In this document: positions 35,801-47,164 of the stretch, piece by piece | Layout: each line of letters begins with the position of its first letter | Numbering within the stretch: the stretch's first letter is position 1 | Assembly: GCA_964036045.1 (NCBI GenBank) | Contig: OZ038379.1 | Span: forward strand, 22,320,001 to 22,384,000 | Direction of reading: 5' to 3' | Length of the DNA stretch: 64,000 nt | Source: Eutreptiella sp. 'Long Island Sound 2002' | Lineage: Eukaryota; Protista; Euglenida | Made by a program: the position numbers and the translations under genes | The notes under the pieces: model-generated | Database searches by the model: none | Seen by the model: the letters and a program-made list of their open reading frames with translations, nothing else | What the model was told of the DNA's origin: nothing

Positions 35801-38800
35801 ACCAAGGCTGCAAGTGACTATCCCAAGCCCAGAAAAGGGTAGTCCAAGCCTTCAAACTGTCAGCCCAAGGACGGAAGCGGTAAGCTCAAGCTTTAAAATG
35901 GTCAGCCCAAGCCTGAAAACAGTGAGTCCAAGGGCTGAATCGGCGAGCCCCAGCCAAGAAAAAGTGAGTCTCAGACTGAAAATGGAGAGCCCAGGCCATG
36001 GAAGCTATCAAAGTGCGTAAGAGAATGAGATTGGCGCTATAAAGGCACACAGGCTGCATGGGTGCACATCACTATACAAGAATGGTGAGGGACAGGGAAA
36101 ATTGAGGTAGGGCAAGCACCCAGGCAGGGGTATTACGAAAGTGGACGGGGATTAGGAATGGGGCACCTCCAAAGTGTAGCAATGCGGTGCAACTGTGAGG
36201 AATTCGCCCAATGCCCTGCACAAGAAGGAAAGCGGTCAATTCGAAACCAGTGCCCCTTCCACTACTCCACTCAAGCGTGTTGCTAATCAGTGAGGTAACC
36301 GAGGAAGAGTGTAAGGCTCCACAAGGGGGGGGGGGGGGTGGCGGCTGGGCTCGGTTCTGCTGCGGAGCCCCACCACCACCATCAACCCACTGTCTGTTGA
36401 AACCCATGGGCAGAGGAAGTGCTTCAAGGGGTTCTTGGGGGGGTTAAAGCCTAATTAAGGTGTTAAGAGATTCTTGGGGGGTCTGGCATGACGCCTGGTT
36501 GATTTGTCTGCAGCTGGCGGCGCCCATTGGCCTCTTACCAGTTGCCCTTGCCCTTGCCCTTTCTTGGAACCCTTTCCCACCATCATTCCTTTGCCACCAT
36601 CAGCCTCAGTCCCCCTGCATCGCGTCGATCTCCAAAAGGACCGGAAGGCCCATTGCTGTACTCAATGGGTTCAGCATGACTGTTGAAGGTTTGACACCAT
36701 TGAGTGCCTTAAAGGGCAGGCCCCTGGTTGTCAGTTGCAGACGGATCTATGGGTTGGCGAGAATCCGATTAAATGATCGCCCCTGCCCTTTGGCTTTGAG
36801 TGCCCCCAGCCCTACTTCAGTGCTCGAACCACGCCCCTGTGTCCAGTTGTATTGGTGCCATATTCATACCTTCAACCCTTGCTGATTCTCCACACACTTA
36901 TACCAGTGCAGACCGAATATTTGGGTTCTCTGGCGTCCTGAGGTGGTCAGTGGATAGGTTTTTCAGTGGAACCCTCTGAGACATGTTCTCTCGAGCGCGT
37001 TAAGTGGCATCTTTCGCGGTACTGCTGCTTGCCTCATGTGCCCTTGCCAAAGAATACCTGCGACCAGTCCCCAGCTTCGAAGGGTCCTTGCAAAACTTGG
37101 TGTTCTGCACAGAAAACGTGCGATCATTGATCCCCAGCAGACGAGGGAACAGCATCTCCTGCAAAATACGGTATGAAGATGGGTTTTCATGCCTGGAATC
37201 AGGACAAGACGATAGAAAGAAGTGTCCTACCAAAGACTTAGCACCTTCTCCCCCTGCCAATGTGCCCGCATGACACCCCGATTGCATCAAATAAGTGCAG
37301 ATGTGCGGCAGCACACTGTGGTTATGGTGGTGGTGGTGTTCGTGCTGGTCGCACGATTCGTGTTGCTGCCACGTTGCACGGCAGTGTTGCCACCATAAGC
37401 GGTAGGGCTGGGGCACTCAAACCGGGGCTGGGGGGCGGAGGGGGGGAGGGGTTTGCACACGGGGGAGGTCGTCTGAGCCCCTTTTTCAGACCCATCCCGC
37501 ACCCCCCCCCCCCCCATCCCGCCGGAGTGAATTCTCCAACGCCATAGGATCTCTGGGACCCGTCCTTCAAAGATGGAGGGTGCGAGGCCTTCTCATTACG
37601 ACAAAGACTCAGGAGATATTTGCAAAGCCATTGCCTGGACAACGTGGCATTAAATACAGCATGAACATGGCAGCTGACACGTCGCATGGGGCGTCGCCGC
37701 ACCACCAGCTCAACTGCAAGCTGAGAGGGACATGGGATCCGTCAAGTCTCAAAAGAGGGATTGAACCCTGGCATTCCGTGTGGATCCTCCACGTCCGCTC
37801 TCTTATTGCACATCACACACTCTCCCAAGGCCACGGTCGCTCTCAAAGCCACCCCCTAAAGCCACCCAACTGCTCATAGCTCACTCTTCTGGCCATGAAA
37901 ACACCAGAACGCTTGGTGACCTTGTTGTTGCTGTTGTTGCTGCTGCTGTTGTTGTTCAAGCCTTTAGGTCGGCGACTGGCGGACAATAGGGGGCGAACAC
38001 TAGCCAAACGCTTCCGATTACTTGCCAACTCTCGTCTGTCAAGCATCAGGGGCGCTGGTCAACCCTCGTCAAGCGCCAACAGCGGTTGCTGCACACCGCG
38101 CGCACGCAACGAACGCGCAGCCCCGAGATACACGTACCCTCCATCACGGGGGGCATGGGGTAGCGGGTACCAAAAAAAAGGAAGCTTGCCTCAGTTGGCA
38201 CCGGCCAGACGTTGCCACCTGACACATCGCATCCACGTCTTTGGGCGTCTGATGACAAAGAACTTGTCAGGCCTTGTTTGCACTTCAGCAGCGATATATT
38301 ACTGAGTTGGTTCAACAGTCACAGATCACAAAACGACACCAACCCACAAGATTAGTGCGCTTGCCAGCAGGGTGCCCAGTCCCATCCAAAATCCAAATTG
38401 CCTGGGATCCGTTCAACCCTCAGGGGGGGGGGGGGGGAAGGGTCATCCGACGGCAATCTGGGTTGCAGGCAGACCGCCGTATCAGCACCCCAGAATAAAC
38501 ACACCTGGTCCATATTGCACCCATCTGCATTGTTTGCAAACACAAAGCTGTTGGTGCACGTGGAGTGTGCGTGCAAATCAATGAAGAAATCCAAAGGCAC
38601 GTTCGGGTCAGCCGCCAACTGAAACAGACAGAGTAAAATGAGGTTGGGATCCTTTCCCGCTGAACTCTACAGGCTACCTCTGTCCTGGGAAGGGGACCGA
38701 TGCCTGCCCACAGACCGGTCCTTCAAGCTGAAGAGTGATGGCAACCACTGCCACGGTCGAGTTGTCAGTACTTCCTTCTACGACCAATACCGTCCTTCGG

Positions 38801-41800
38801 ACCCCATCAGCCCTACCCCAAGCACATCGGCTCATCGGTCCGAACGGGGCTTGTTTCTGCGGTTGCCTGCGATGCATGTGGTGCCGTCACAAACGCCCTT
38901 TCTACCCCGAAGAGCCCAGAGGAAGGGCTTCGTAGAGAGGAAACCCAAGCAGACAGGGTCCAACACATGCATTTGCCCTGCCTGCTGGCGGAAATACCGA
39001 GCTCCTCCTCGAAACTTACAAACAGCACGTGAACCGGGTCCTCGGCTTGGATCCTCTCTTCACAGATATCCCCCCTCCTTCAACTTGCCTGCCCCGTGTC
39101 CACTCCGACCCTGGCACCTTTTGACCCCCTGTGACATTTGGAATTCACTTCCCCTGACCCTAGGCATAAAGGCTGAGCGAGGGTGGATGGGTGGGAAGGA
39201 GGCCAAAAACTGACTCTGATGTGGCGGCCAGGAAATGTTGAAGCACTGGGAACAGCAGCTGACGGCTGCTGCTGAACTGTCGGCTTTGCAGCGTCATTAC
39301 CGGAGTCCACATCCGAGGCAGCTTCAGACAGCAATTCAAGAGGGGGTGGGGGGGCGAATAATTGCAGGGGGTTGAGACAGAAACTCGCAATCTGGAATAA
39401 TTGCAGGCCAAACTTGACCAACATGGCCATTCAAACCCTTTTTCAGCTCGACTAAGCAATGCAGCTTGAAAGCATATGACACATCAGGGCGTCTTTTGCG
39501 TTTTTTGGTGGCCTGCAGCATCCGTTGCGATGGCGGTCTGGTTTCACTGTTGGCAACACCATCCTCATGGTCAGATTGTACAGCACCCTGTGCAGTTCCC
39601 ACATTTCCTTCGTCTTGAAGGGGTTCAATTTCAGCAAGCAGTAGAGTGTCACTCATGTTGTTAACATTGTTGGTAGGTACACACTCATCATGACCAACAG
39701 CACCCTGTGATTCCTCAAATTCAACATCCCCGTCGCTGTCTGACCACTGAGACAGACGATGCGTACTCGTCATCAGACATGACACCACTGCAGCACACAG
39801 AGTGCAGGGGGGGGGTGAAGAATTGCAGGGGGTCCACAGAATTTTATAATGCCATGATTAATTCTACCCACCCGCATACCTTTAGACGCACGAGTCCTTT
39901 TGTGCTTCAGTTCCACGTTTGAAATCGCCATCCTTGCCACTAACGGCAGGGGGGGAAGGGGGTGCGGCTGTAGGGAGGGAGGTGAGCTCTTGCCAGAAGA
40001 AGAAAGATGACTCTATGACCAGCCAGAGCAACCAGCACCCGAAGACTACAGCCCTGAAACCACCGACTGAGCACAATATCCATCCAGGTCCTTTCTGTGC
40101 CTTTCTCTGCCGAATGCAAAATGCCGTGGTCGCACATACCTGGAGGGGATGGGGGATGACGGCCTGGGTTGCTTTCAGTTGCGACCAACAGAAACGGGTG
40201 CCAATGCTTAGAACGCAACGATTGAGTTGGTATGCGGCTTCAAATATCTTGGGTCACCCTCGGGTCAACCTTTCTGTCTTTTCTCTCAGCTTCAGCTATG
40301 GACCATCGAGACCTGCGACTTCTGTGACCCATGTCCCTGCGACCTCTGATCAGCAAGGTTTGACCCCCATCTTCGACCTGGCTTCATCCACTTGATCCGA
40401 TGCAGCCGCCCCCAAATGGACAGGCGAAAGGGTGGCATCATCGAACTCCCACTTGAACAGGTGCACCCTCAAAACAAACCAACAACCTACATCCTCTGGG
40501 GCACACGTGGCCTGGGGCCCTGTTCCCAGCACAACCCGGGGTCCAGGCCGCCACTCACTCAGTGCGGGGCTGACGGTTGGGGTTCGGCTCAAGCTGAGGG
40601 CCAGCTCCACGCAGTAACACTCACATACCTCAAGCAACAGCTTCCGTGTGTGCAGAATGGGGGCATGTGCCCAAGGGTCAGGACTACAAAGTGAAAGCGG
40701 TCCCTCAGAAGGATGCGCACGCCCCTGACCTGACCTGGAGCTCCCCACAGCCCTCATTAGGCAAATCTGCGCACGTCTGACAGGCCCGTGCTTGAACGGG
40801 GGGGATCTAAGCGACAAAATGAGCACCTGTAACTTCATCCCACCCGCGCACATCATATTGAATTTCGCACTTCATGACAGCCACCCAGAGACCTCCAGGA
40901 ATCAACAGCACCCATCTGGAGCAATTTTACTCCCGAAAAAAAATTTTTCCGCACCTTCGGCGCCAAAGCCTTTTGCACATCTGTTGGCAACGAAGATGCC
41001 CCCCCCCCCCCGCCGCCCCCCCGCGCGCGGGTCCAAATCCCCCAACCACCCTCCCCCCGTTCAAGCACATCCCTGCACCGACCCACCATCCTGTAGGCCA
41101 AGCACTGAGTCGGATGAGGGGAGACAACCACTATCACATGTGACAACAACAAGGTGGTGCAGGACTGAGAGGTATCCGCCGGATAACTCATGCGATTTCG
41201 TGTTGCAGTTGAACGAGCATCTGTTCCTCTAAATGGACCGTCCCTTCAAATGGAAGGATATATCTGGTGCACCAGGGGTGTTCCGCTCCAGATGTGTCCA
41301 AACCAGTTCACGTTCTCGTTGAAAGATTACCCCCCCCTGCAATCAAGTCTCCAATCCCTTCGACCTGCATGCCTGCCCTCACATACTTCAACCAGTGGCG
41401 GTTCAAGTCATAACCCATACTTGAGCACCTGAGAGCAGAAGGGTGAGTCCCATAGCTCCCAAGGGGGCCCAGCAGGGTGCAAAGTGCCCACGCATGTATC
41501 ATGGAGAAATGCCACGAAATGTTGGCTGACCCCGGCCGCAACCAGACCCTTGGACCGCGTGGCAACATGGATGCGGCTCTGGGGAGCCTGCGGTCGTCCG
41601 AGATCATCGATCCGAGGGGCCCATTCTCGCGGATTTCCTCCCGCAATGGATCCGTGTCCGGCCCATCCCTGTCCTCTCCTCTGTCGCTGTGCCATGTCCA
41701 CTGGGGAGTAGTGCTGAACATGCCAGGGACGTACGGTGTGGTGCACCCAGACCAGGATGTCCGAGAGCCGCGTTGAAAGCGACCAGGGCTCTACTGTATT

Positions 41801-44800
41801 CGAGATGGCGGGATGAATGTGACACATGCACGACTGTCCTGGATAGCACTGCCGTTGCCCGGCGATTCCAACTCGAAGCCTTGCCCCGACCCATGCCGCA
41901 ACGGACCCTTCTGCACCTGTAATTGCCCAAGAAAACACCATCAGGATTGAGCATGGGCACGATTTTGAAAACCAAATTGTTCCGCAGAATCTGCACAAAC
42001 AACACGAAGCATCCAACGTACCATTTCCCATTGACGCTCACCAACGGGGCACGCACCCCAACCGGTGACCCTCATCCCAGACAACAAGGCGAGGGGGACG
42101 AGGGTCGCCTTAGCTGTGACTGTGACTCTGACCAACACAGTGCTGCCTGGACGCATCGGGCCTGAATAGCCGAGTCCGTGAGCTCTTTTGGCGCCAGCAT
42201 GACACAAATTGTTGCCTCGGCTATCGAGCACCACCCAAAACAAGCCTCTACGTAAATGTTGTAGCCCTGGCTGTTCGCCAAGGGTGCCATGGTGCTAGCT
42301 ACAGGCGCTGGGGAAGCAGTGGGGTGAGGGGGACACGCGACTCTGCCCCACTTGCCACAACTGAGTCTCCAAGTCCTGCACCTTACCCTGTATCGTAGCT
42401 ACCATGCTCTATGCCCTCCCTCTCTGCCCAGACCTGCTCCTGTGCTGCACGAACGTGTCCCTCTTCCACCTTCACCTACGCCTCAACAGCTGGGTTTGAG
42501 TCTTGGATATCGGGGCTAATAGTAATAATAGCATGTTTGCAGTGCAAGCAAAAAGGGAGTCCCATGGAATCACAACGTAAATTTGTTCCCCTTCATGGCT
42601 GCCCCCCAAAAGACCCCTGCCTTTGGCGCTTAGCAGTAAATGTCATTGCTTCATCCCTCGGGATCAATCATGAATTGGTCGCATGAGGAATTCTGAATGC
42701 TTCTGACGGTGAGGGTTTGAAGGAGCGCTCAGAAGCAGCTTGCCACAACGTTCCTGGCATTCTACAACTCTGCACCCGTGATTGAGGATGCGCGTATCCA
42801 TTCAATCCGCAGGGTGCATCAGCCCGCACACACTAATACACATCCACACACAACTCTCTATCACCGGCCAACACCTCAGTTGAAAGGGTTTAGAGCACAA
42901 CTGAGACACACATACCTTAGCATAGGGATGGTCACAAACCAGAAAGGACAGCAGCCCATGGCACATGAAAGATGCAGGACTCTCTCCAGGGTGCACTCGA
43001 GCAGTGATAAAGATCACTCGCTGTGGAAAGCAGCACAGGTGCTTCCTCAGGGGGTGGGCTGATGATAAGTGTAGAGGGACACTGCAACACTCTTTACAGA
43101 TTAAAATTGCACGCAGCCCAATACCCCCAGCTTGGGTACGACTAAAGGCACGCTGTTGAGTAACTGTGCACTGAAAATGTGGCCTTTGAGAGACAAGAAG
43201 GGTGCACGTTTTGCAGTGGACTAAACTGCAACTCAAAGGCAATCAAAGGTGCTCCGACGTTTGTGGTTCAGCCCCCGAGCTGCACCGATGTGACTAAGCT
43301 GGGGGCACAGTCGAGGTGGTGCACGAGCGGGGAGGCAAAGAAAAATTACATCAGTGAATACTGCCGCGGTTATGCGCTGGTTCCAGTTTTGTTTCAGACT
43401 GGGGTCGATTGCATGGGGTATGTTGGCGCTGTGCATGGATTGGCCTGCATTGCGTTGCCTCTGGTGCCACTGTTGCGACCGGGTCTCCTGAGGACGGCCT
43501 ATGTGGACGGCCACTCCAACCGTATGGCAGTTGGGGCAGCAGGTTCGAGGAAATCCCTTTCGTGATGTGGTCTACCGCTGAGAAGATGTCCGCTTCAGTC
43601 GCGGTTCGCGTGCTGTCCGTGAACCCCCTCCAACGTACCTCGATGCTGTATGACCGCTGCACACCCTCCTGCGCCCTCAAACCCGCCACCTTTCGCCCGT
43701 ATGTCCGTTGAAAGACCTTTGGCCTTTCGAGGGTGTACTCCGTGATAGAGGGCTGACACGGGCCTGACCTGTGGGGTGCTCCTTGGAGCTTGACCCGGAC
43801 ACGGTGCGGTACCTCAACACTGCACTCTGTCTCTCTCACTCGACCTCTGGACCCATGCCAGCATTGCTCCGCTCCCGCGCCGCCTTTACGGACACCGCGC
43901 TGGGGTAGAGGGTGGGTCTCTTCCCCCGTGGCTCAGAGCGATCCTGCTGCGCTGCAACTCACCAGAAATTGCCGAAACACAAGACATGAACTGTCATATG
44001 CCTCCAACAACAAGCACGAGCACGCATCGCAACCGACTACGGCACCACACCTTCGTTTGCTTTTTGTCGTTCAAAGGCTGCGGGGACGTGATGGTTAGCA
44101 GATCAATCCTGCAACACAAAGGCCGGGCTTGAATGAGGGTCTTCGTGCAACGTATGGCCTTGGCTGCACTTATGACTGCGACGAAGCGGGCGTGCCTTGG
44201 CGCGTGGGCCCGTTCAGAGGGCTCAAGCTGAAGCGGCTGAAATGGTTTGTTTGTGGTTTCATTTCTAGGGGTAGGGGTGCACCTTGTTCAACTTGTGGTT
44301 GGCAGGCCCATGCCTAGGTATCCATCCAGACGTTTCATCCCTGAACTCTACATCGTTCTTGGCCCGTTCCACGATTGTCGTGCCACCACGCTGACAAATA
44401 TTGTCAAGATTCACCTGCCTGTGTTAGCCCATTCAACCATTGTCTGGTATCTTTACCCCGGCCCGTGTTGGCCGACTGTGAGTGTAGACTATCTCGTTGA
44501 GCGATTTGAGGCTTCTAAATGTAAATACGATTGGCACTATGGCCGGATAGGGAGCACACTACACCCACTATTTCACTCTCGCTACGATACCAAAAAGGCG
44601 CGACGGGGGCTAGATCCATGCAAAAAAGTCGTGCTATGGAAATTGGCGGTGTGGAGATGAAATACTGCAGCCATAATACCCTTTGCCGAGCATAAGAGGC
44701 CCCTTGGCACAACTTCGATTGGGAATGGGGCGTTCTCGACCTTGCTTGCCAAACATACCGGCGGTGTTGCACGGTGCGGCAAAGGACTTCACGTTGCAGA

Positions 44801-47164
44801 AAATCGAAATTCTGTGCCTCAATGTGGGACAAGAATTTTTGGAGGTAAGTGTACCTATTGCGCGGGAGCATGTGAGGGATCCGTGTGCATGTTGGCATCT
44901 TGGACGGGGCAAATTGCGACTTCCTCATGGAGAGCCGATGCTCTTCAATTGGAAGCGCAACACGGCAACGAACTTGTGCACAACTTTGTGGGGGGGCGGA
45001 TGATTGTGCAAGTTGGGGGCCGCGATGCGACAAAATCCGCGAACGGGGTTCCCGAGGATATGCTTGTGGAAAATGGGACCATTTTGAAACAACACGTCCC
45101 ATGCACCATGACGATGACTATGAATTGAACTGTGAGCTTTGGGGTGAAGGACCATGCGTAGTCGTGCACTACGATGTGCGTGGGATGACTCCGAAATTGA
45201 GGTGTACATTGGCGAGCATACAAGAATACGACGTTTTGCTCACAAAGTGGAACAATGCACAAATCCGATAGAATGGGTAAGACGAAGGGGACGGGACTGT
45301 GCTTTGGGTGATAAAGCTACCAACGACCCAAACCGTGTTGGATTTCCCTTCAAGATGATTGCATTGGATTGCACTGCATACGTGTATGGGTAGCAATAAG
45401 CGAAATAGTAGGTGTCCTCTTCCTTGTCAAACGCAAATGCAAACGATAGGATGTAATTCCGCTTGTGACGCGGGGATCGATAATAGAAACAATTGCGCGT
45501 CGGAATGCGTTCCCTGCAACATCGATGGAAGCCGCATAGAAGGTGGGCACAACAAACCGAATGATTTCACCCTTGCTACTTGATGATTCATGCCAACTCA
45601 TCAATAGAAGGTAAACACACATGTAAACATACGTCGCCATGACATCCTTGCATACTTTGGGGATGCATGTTTGGCTCACGATCCAAATCCTCAGTTCCGA
45701 TTGGTAGTTGCCGAAGTTGCTCGCGGTGCGCTCGTTGCGGAGCGCAAGAATCTCGATCGTTTCGGAGGGTATTTTCCAAAACGCAATAAGTGAGTTTTGG
45801 TGTGTCCATGGTGCTACGCTTTTCACAAAGATGGTTGCTTTCGTTTTCGGGTAACGTGCATAAAAAGTCCTTGGTTCTCTTCATCATCTCTTGATTGCAT
45901 GGCTTTATCGTGGATGGGACAACTTTGTAACGTGTGCAAGGGCGGCCCTTTCGGGTTTGGTTACCATAGACGGGTCCAAGAAGTAAAAGGGAGAGCAAAT
46001 TGTGACGGAGGTTTAGAGGATAGATCTCTCACGATGCTCCTCATCTCAATTGTACGTCGTGTTTGTCGGGTCCCCCTAGTGGAGGTTAAACATAATCCCG
46101 CCGGCCCGAAATTTGTGGGCCCTCCGCCCGTGGCACATTATGGCACCTTGGTATCAACAGCCTGTGGGCCGCGCTATTGGTGCTTGGGAAGTGGGTTGTG
46201 TGCGATTGGGATGTTCGCGAAGCAAAGTCGGGTAGCCGATGAGCCAAAGACGACGCCAAAGATGTAGTGCTACGAGCTTGAAAAATTTAACTGCTAGAGG
46301 TCACGCATCAAGACGGAAAGTGCACAACAACACCGACAACGGAACGATACCATTTCGGGCGCGAGGTGGACCGCACAAGAGGTGTCATCCCCAAGCGGAA
46401 GAGGCTCTTGGTCTTGCTACAATTGATGAGGTGGAAAATCTAAGAGAGAAGTCACGTCGAGCAAGAGAACTACACGGGTTTCTAATTCTAGATTTATCAT
46501 CCTTTATTGAAATCGGTAATGCAACCCTCCTAGAAAGCGCCAATGTTGATATGGTGTTGGAGATCAACGTCGTTGGTGCCACTTTCGAATTGCTTGGACT
46601 CTTAGGGGGATCGTCGTTTTCTTGTACATGCCCTAGGACATCGGTGTGGGCTTGTTTTCACAACATGATGGTATGAAGGCCCTCCCCCCTCCTCATTACC
46701 CGTCAATTTATTTTCGAGTGTGGAGTACGGATGGCGCCAATACGCCCTCGGGGTGACACAAGTTTCCTTCCCCCCCATCTCACAGACGGTGCTGATAGCG
46801 TGTTCGACTAGATGAGGGTTCCGGGCAACTCGTCGATGGGCACAACCAATCATCTCACTTGACTCTTGAAACAATGCAAAACGCAACGGGAGCCGAGGAG
46901 TGACCTATGATGCGTGCTCACAAAAATATGAACATACCACACGTTGGCCAGCCACCACATTTGATACACTAAAGTAGAACCACACACGATAGTGCGGATT
47001 GTTTGTATCTGCGCGGATCTGAATGTCATATTCAAAATCGTTGACACTTTGAACCTTTCCAATGTTTCCTGAATTGATCGGAGTCGTGTCGATTGCACTG
47101 GAAGTACGTGTTGGTGGGGAAAGTTGCAACACAAACCACTTTCGAAGCTGCAATCAAAAATCAT
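32803..47164 (-). CDS. AGBL4: Cytosolic carboxypeptidase, CCP6/AGBL4-like (M14 zinc peptidase, tubulin deglutamylase family)
   Basis: 15 exons, all introns GT-AG and in phase: 47137-47164, 46938-47068, 46351-46439, 45382-45513, 44759-44854, 44051-44108, 42916-43020, 41917-41990, 41387-41428, 40629-40683, 38505-38618, 37058-37158, 36167-36215, 33739-33799, 32803-32984 (1317 nt, 438 aa plus TAA). Motifs seen: FDCSFESGN, WFYF, FAYCYPYTY, ITARVHPGE (Zn ligands), PMLNPDGV, GYDLNRHW, IDLHAHS (Zn ligand), GTGRR, CYTLEVSF (catalytic Glu), LGRNL. Motif order and spacing follow animal CCP6. Confidence 0.95.
34372..34471. repeat. Inverted repeat / hairpin (32-bp arms, 36-nt loop)
   Basis: cacgggggttgctcccagccaggacccgaccc versus the reverse complement of 34440-34471, cacggggcttactgccagccaggacccgaccc: 29 of 32 identical. 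Confidence 0.85.
35219..36000. mobile_element. Foldback-like element: 21-bp tandem units in inverted arrays
   Basis: Units of the form aggcttgggctcaccattttc occur at 35219-35310 and 35545-35625. Reverse-complement units (aaaatggtcagcccaagcctg etc.) occur at 35796-36000. The frame at 35796-36020 shows 7-aa periodicity. It lies in CCP6 intron 13. Confidence 0.6.
39336..39788 (-). mobile_element. Putative DNA-transposase N-terminal remnant (acidic region, NLS-like KKRKRR, HTH-like start)
   Basis: 150-codon open frame in CCP6 intron 10 reading ...RMLQATKKRKRRPDVSYAFKLHCLVELKKGLNGH. The KRR..Y..FKL pattern recalls pogo/Brinker-type DNA-binding HTH domains. Flanked by the repeated motif aattgcaggggg near 39360 and 39820. 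Confidence 0.35.

Noticed and set aside
43300-46900. First impression of a Gypsy retrotransposon (HHCC- and integrase-like strings)
   Set aside because: The coding signal is explained by CCP6 exons 3-6; the apparent motifs were off-frame readings.
32803-47164. Nonconventional (non-GT-AG) euglenid-type introns
   Set aside because: All 14 CCP6 introns and every junction modelled in the other genes are satisfied by GT-AG; none requires a nonconventional intron.
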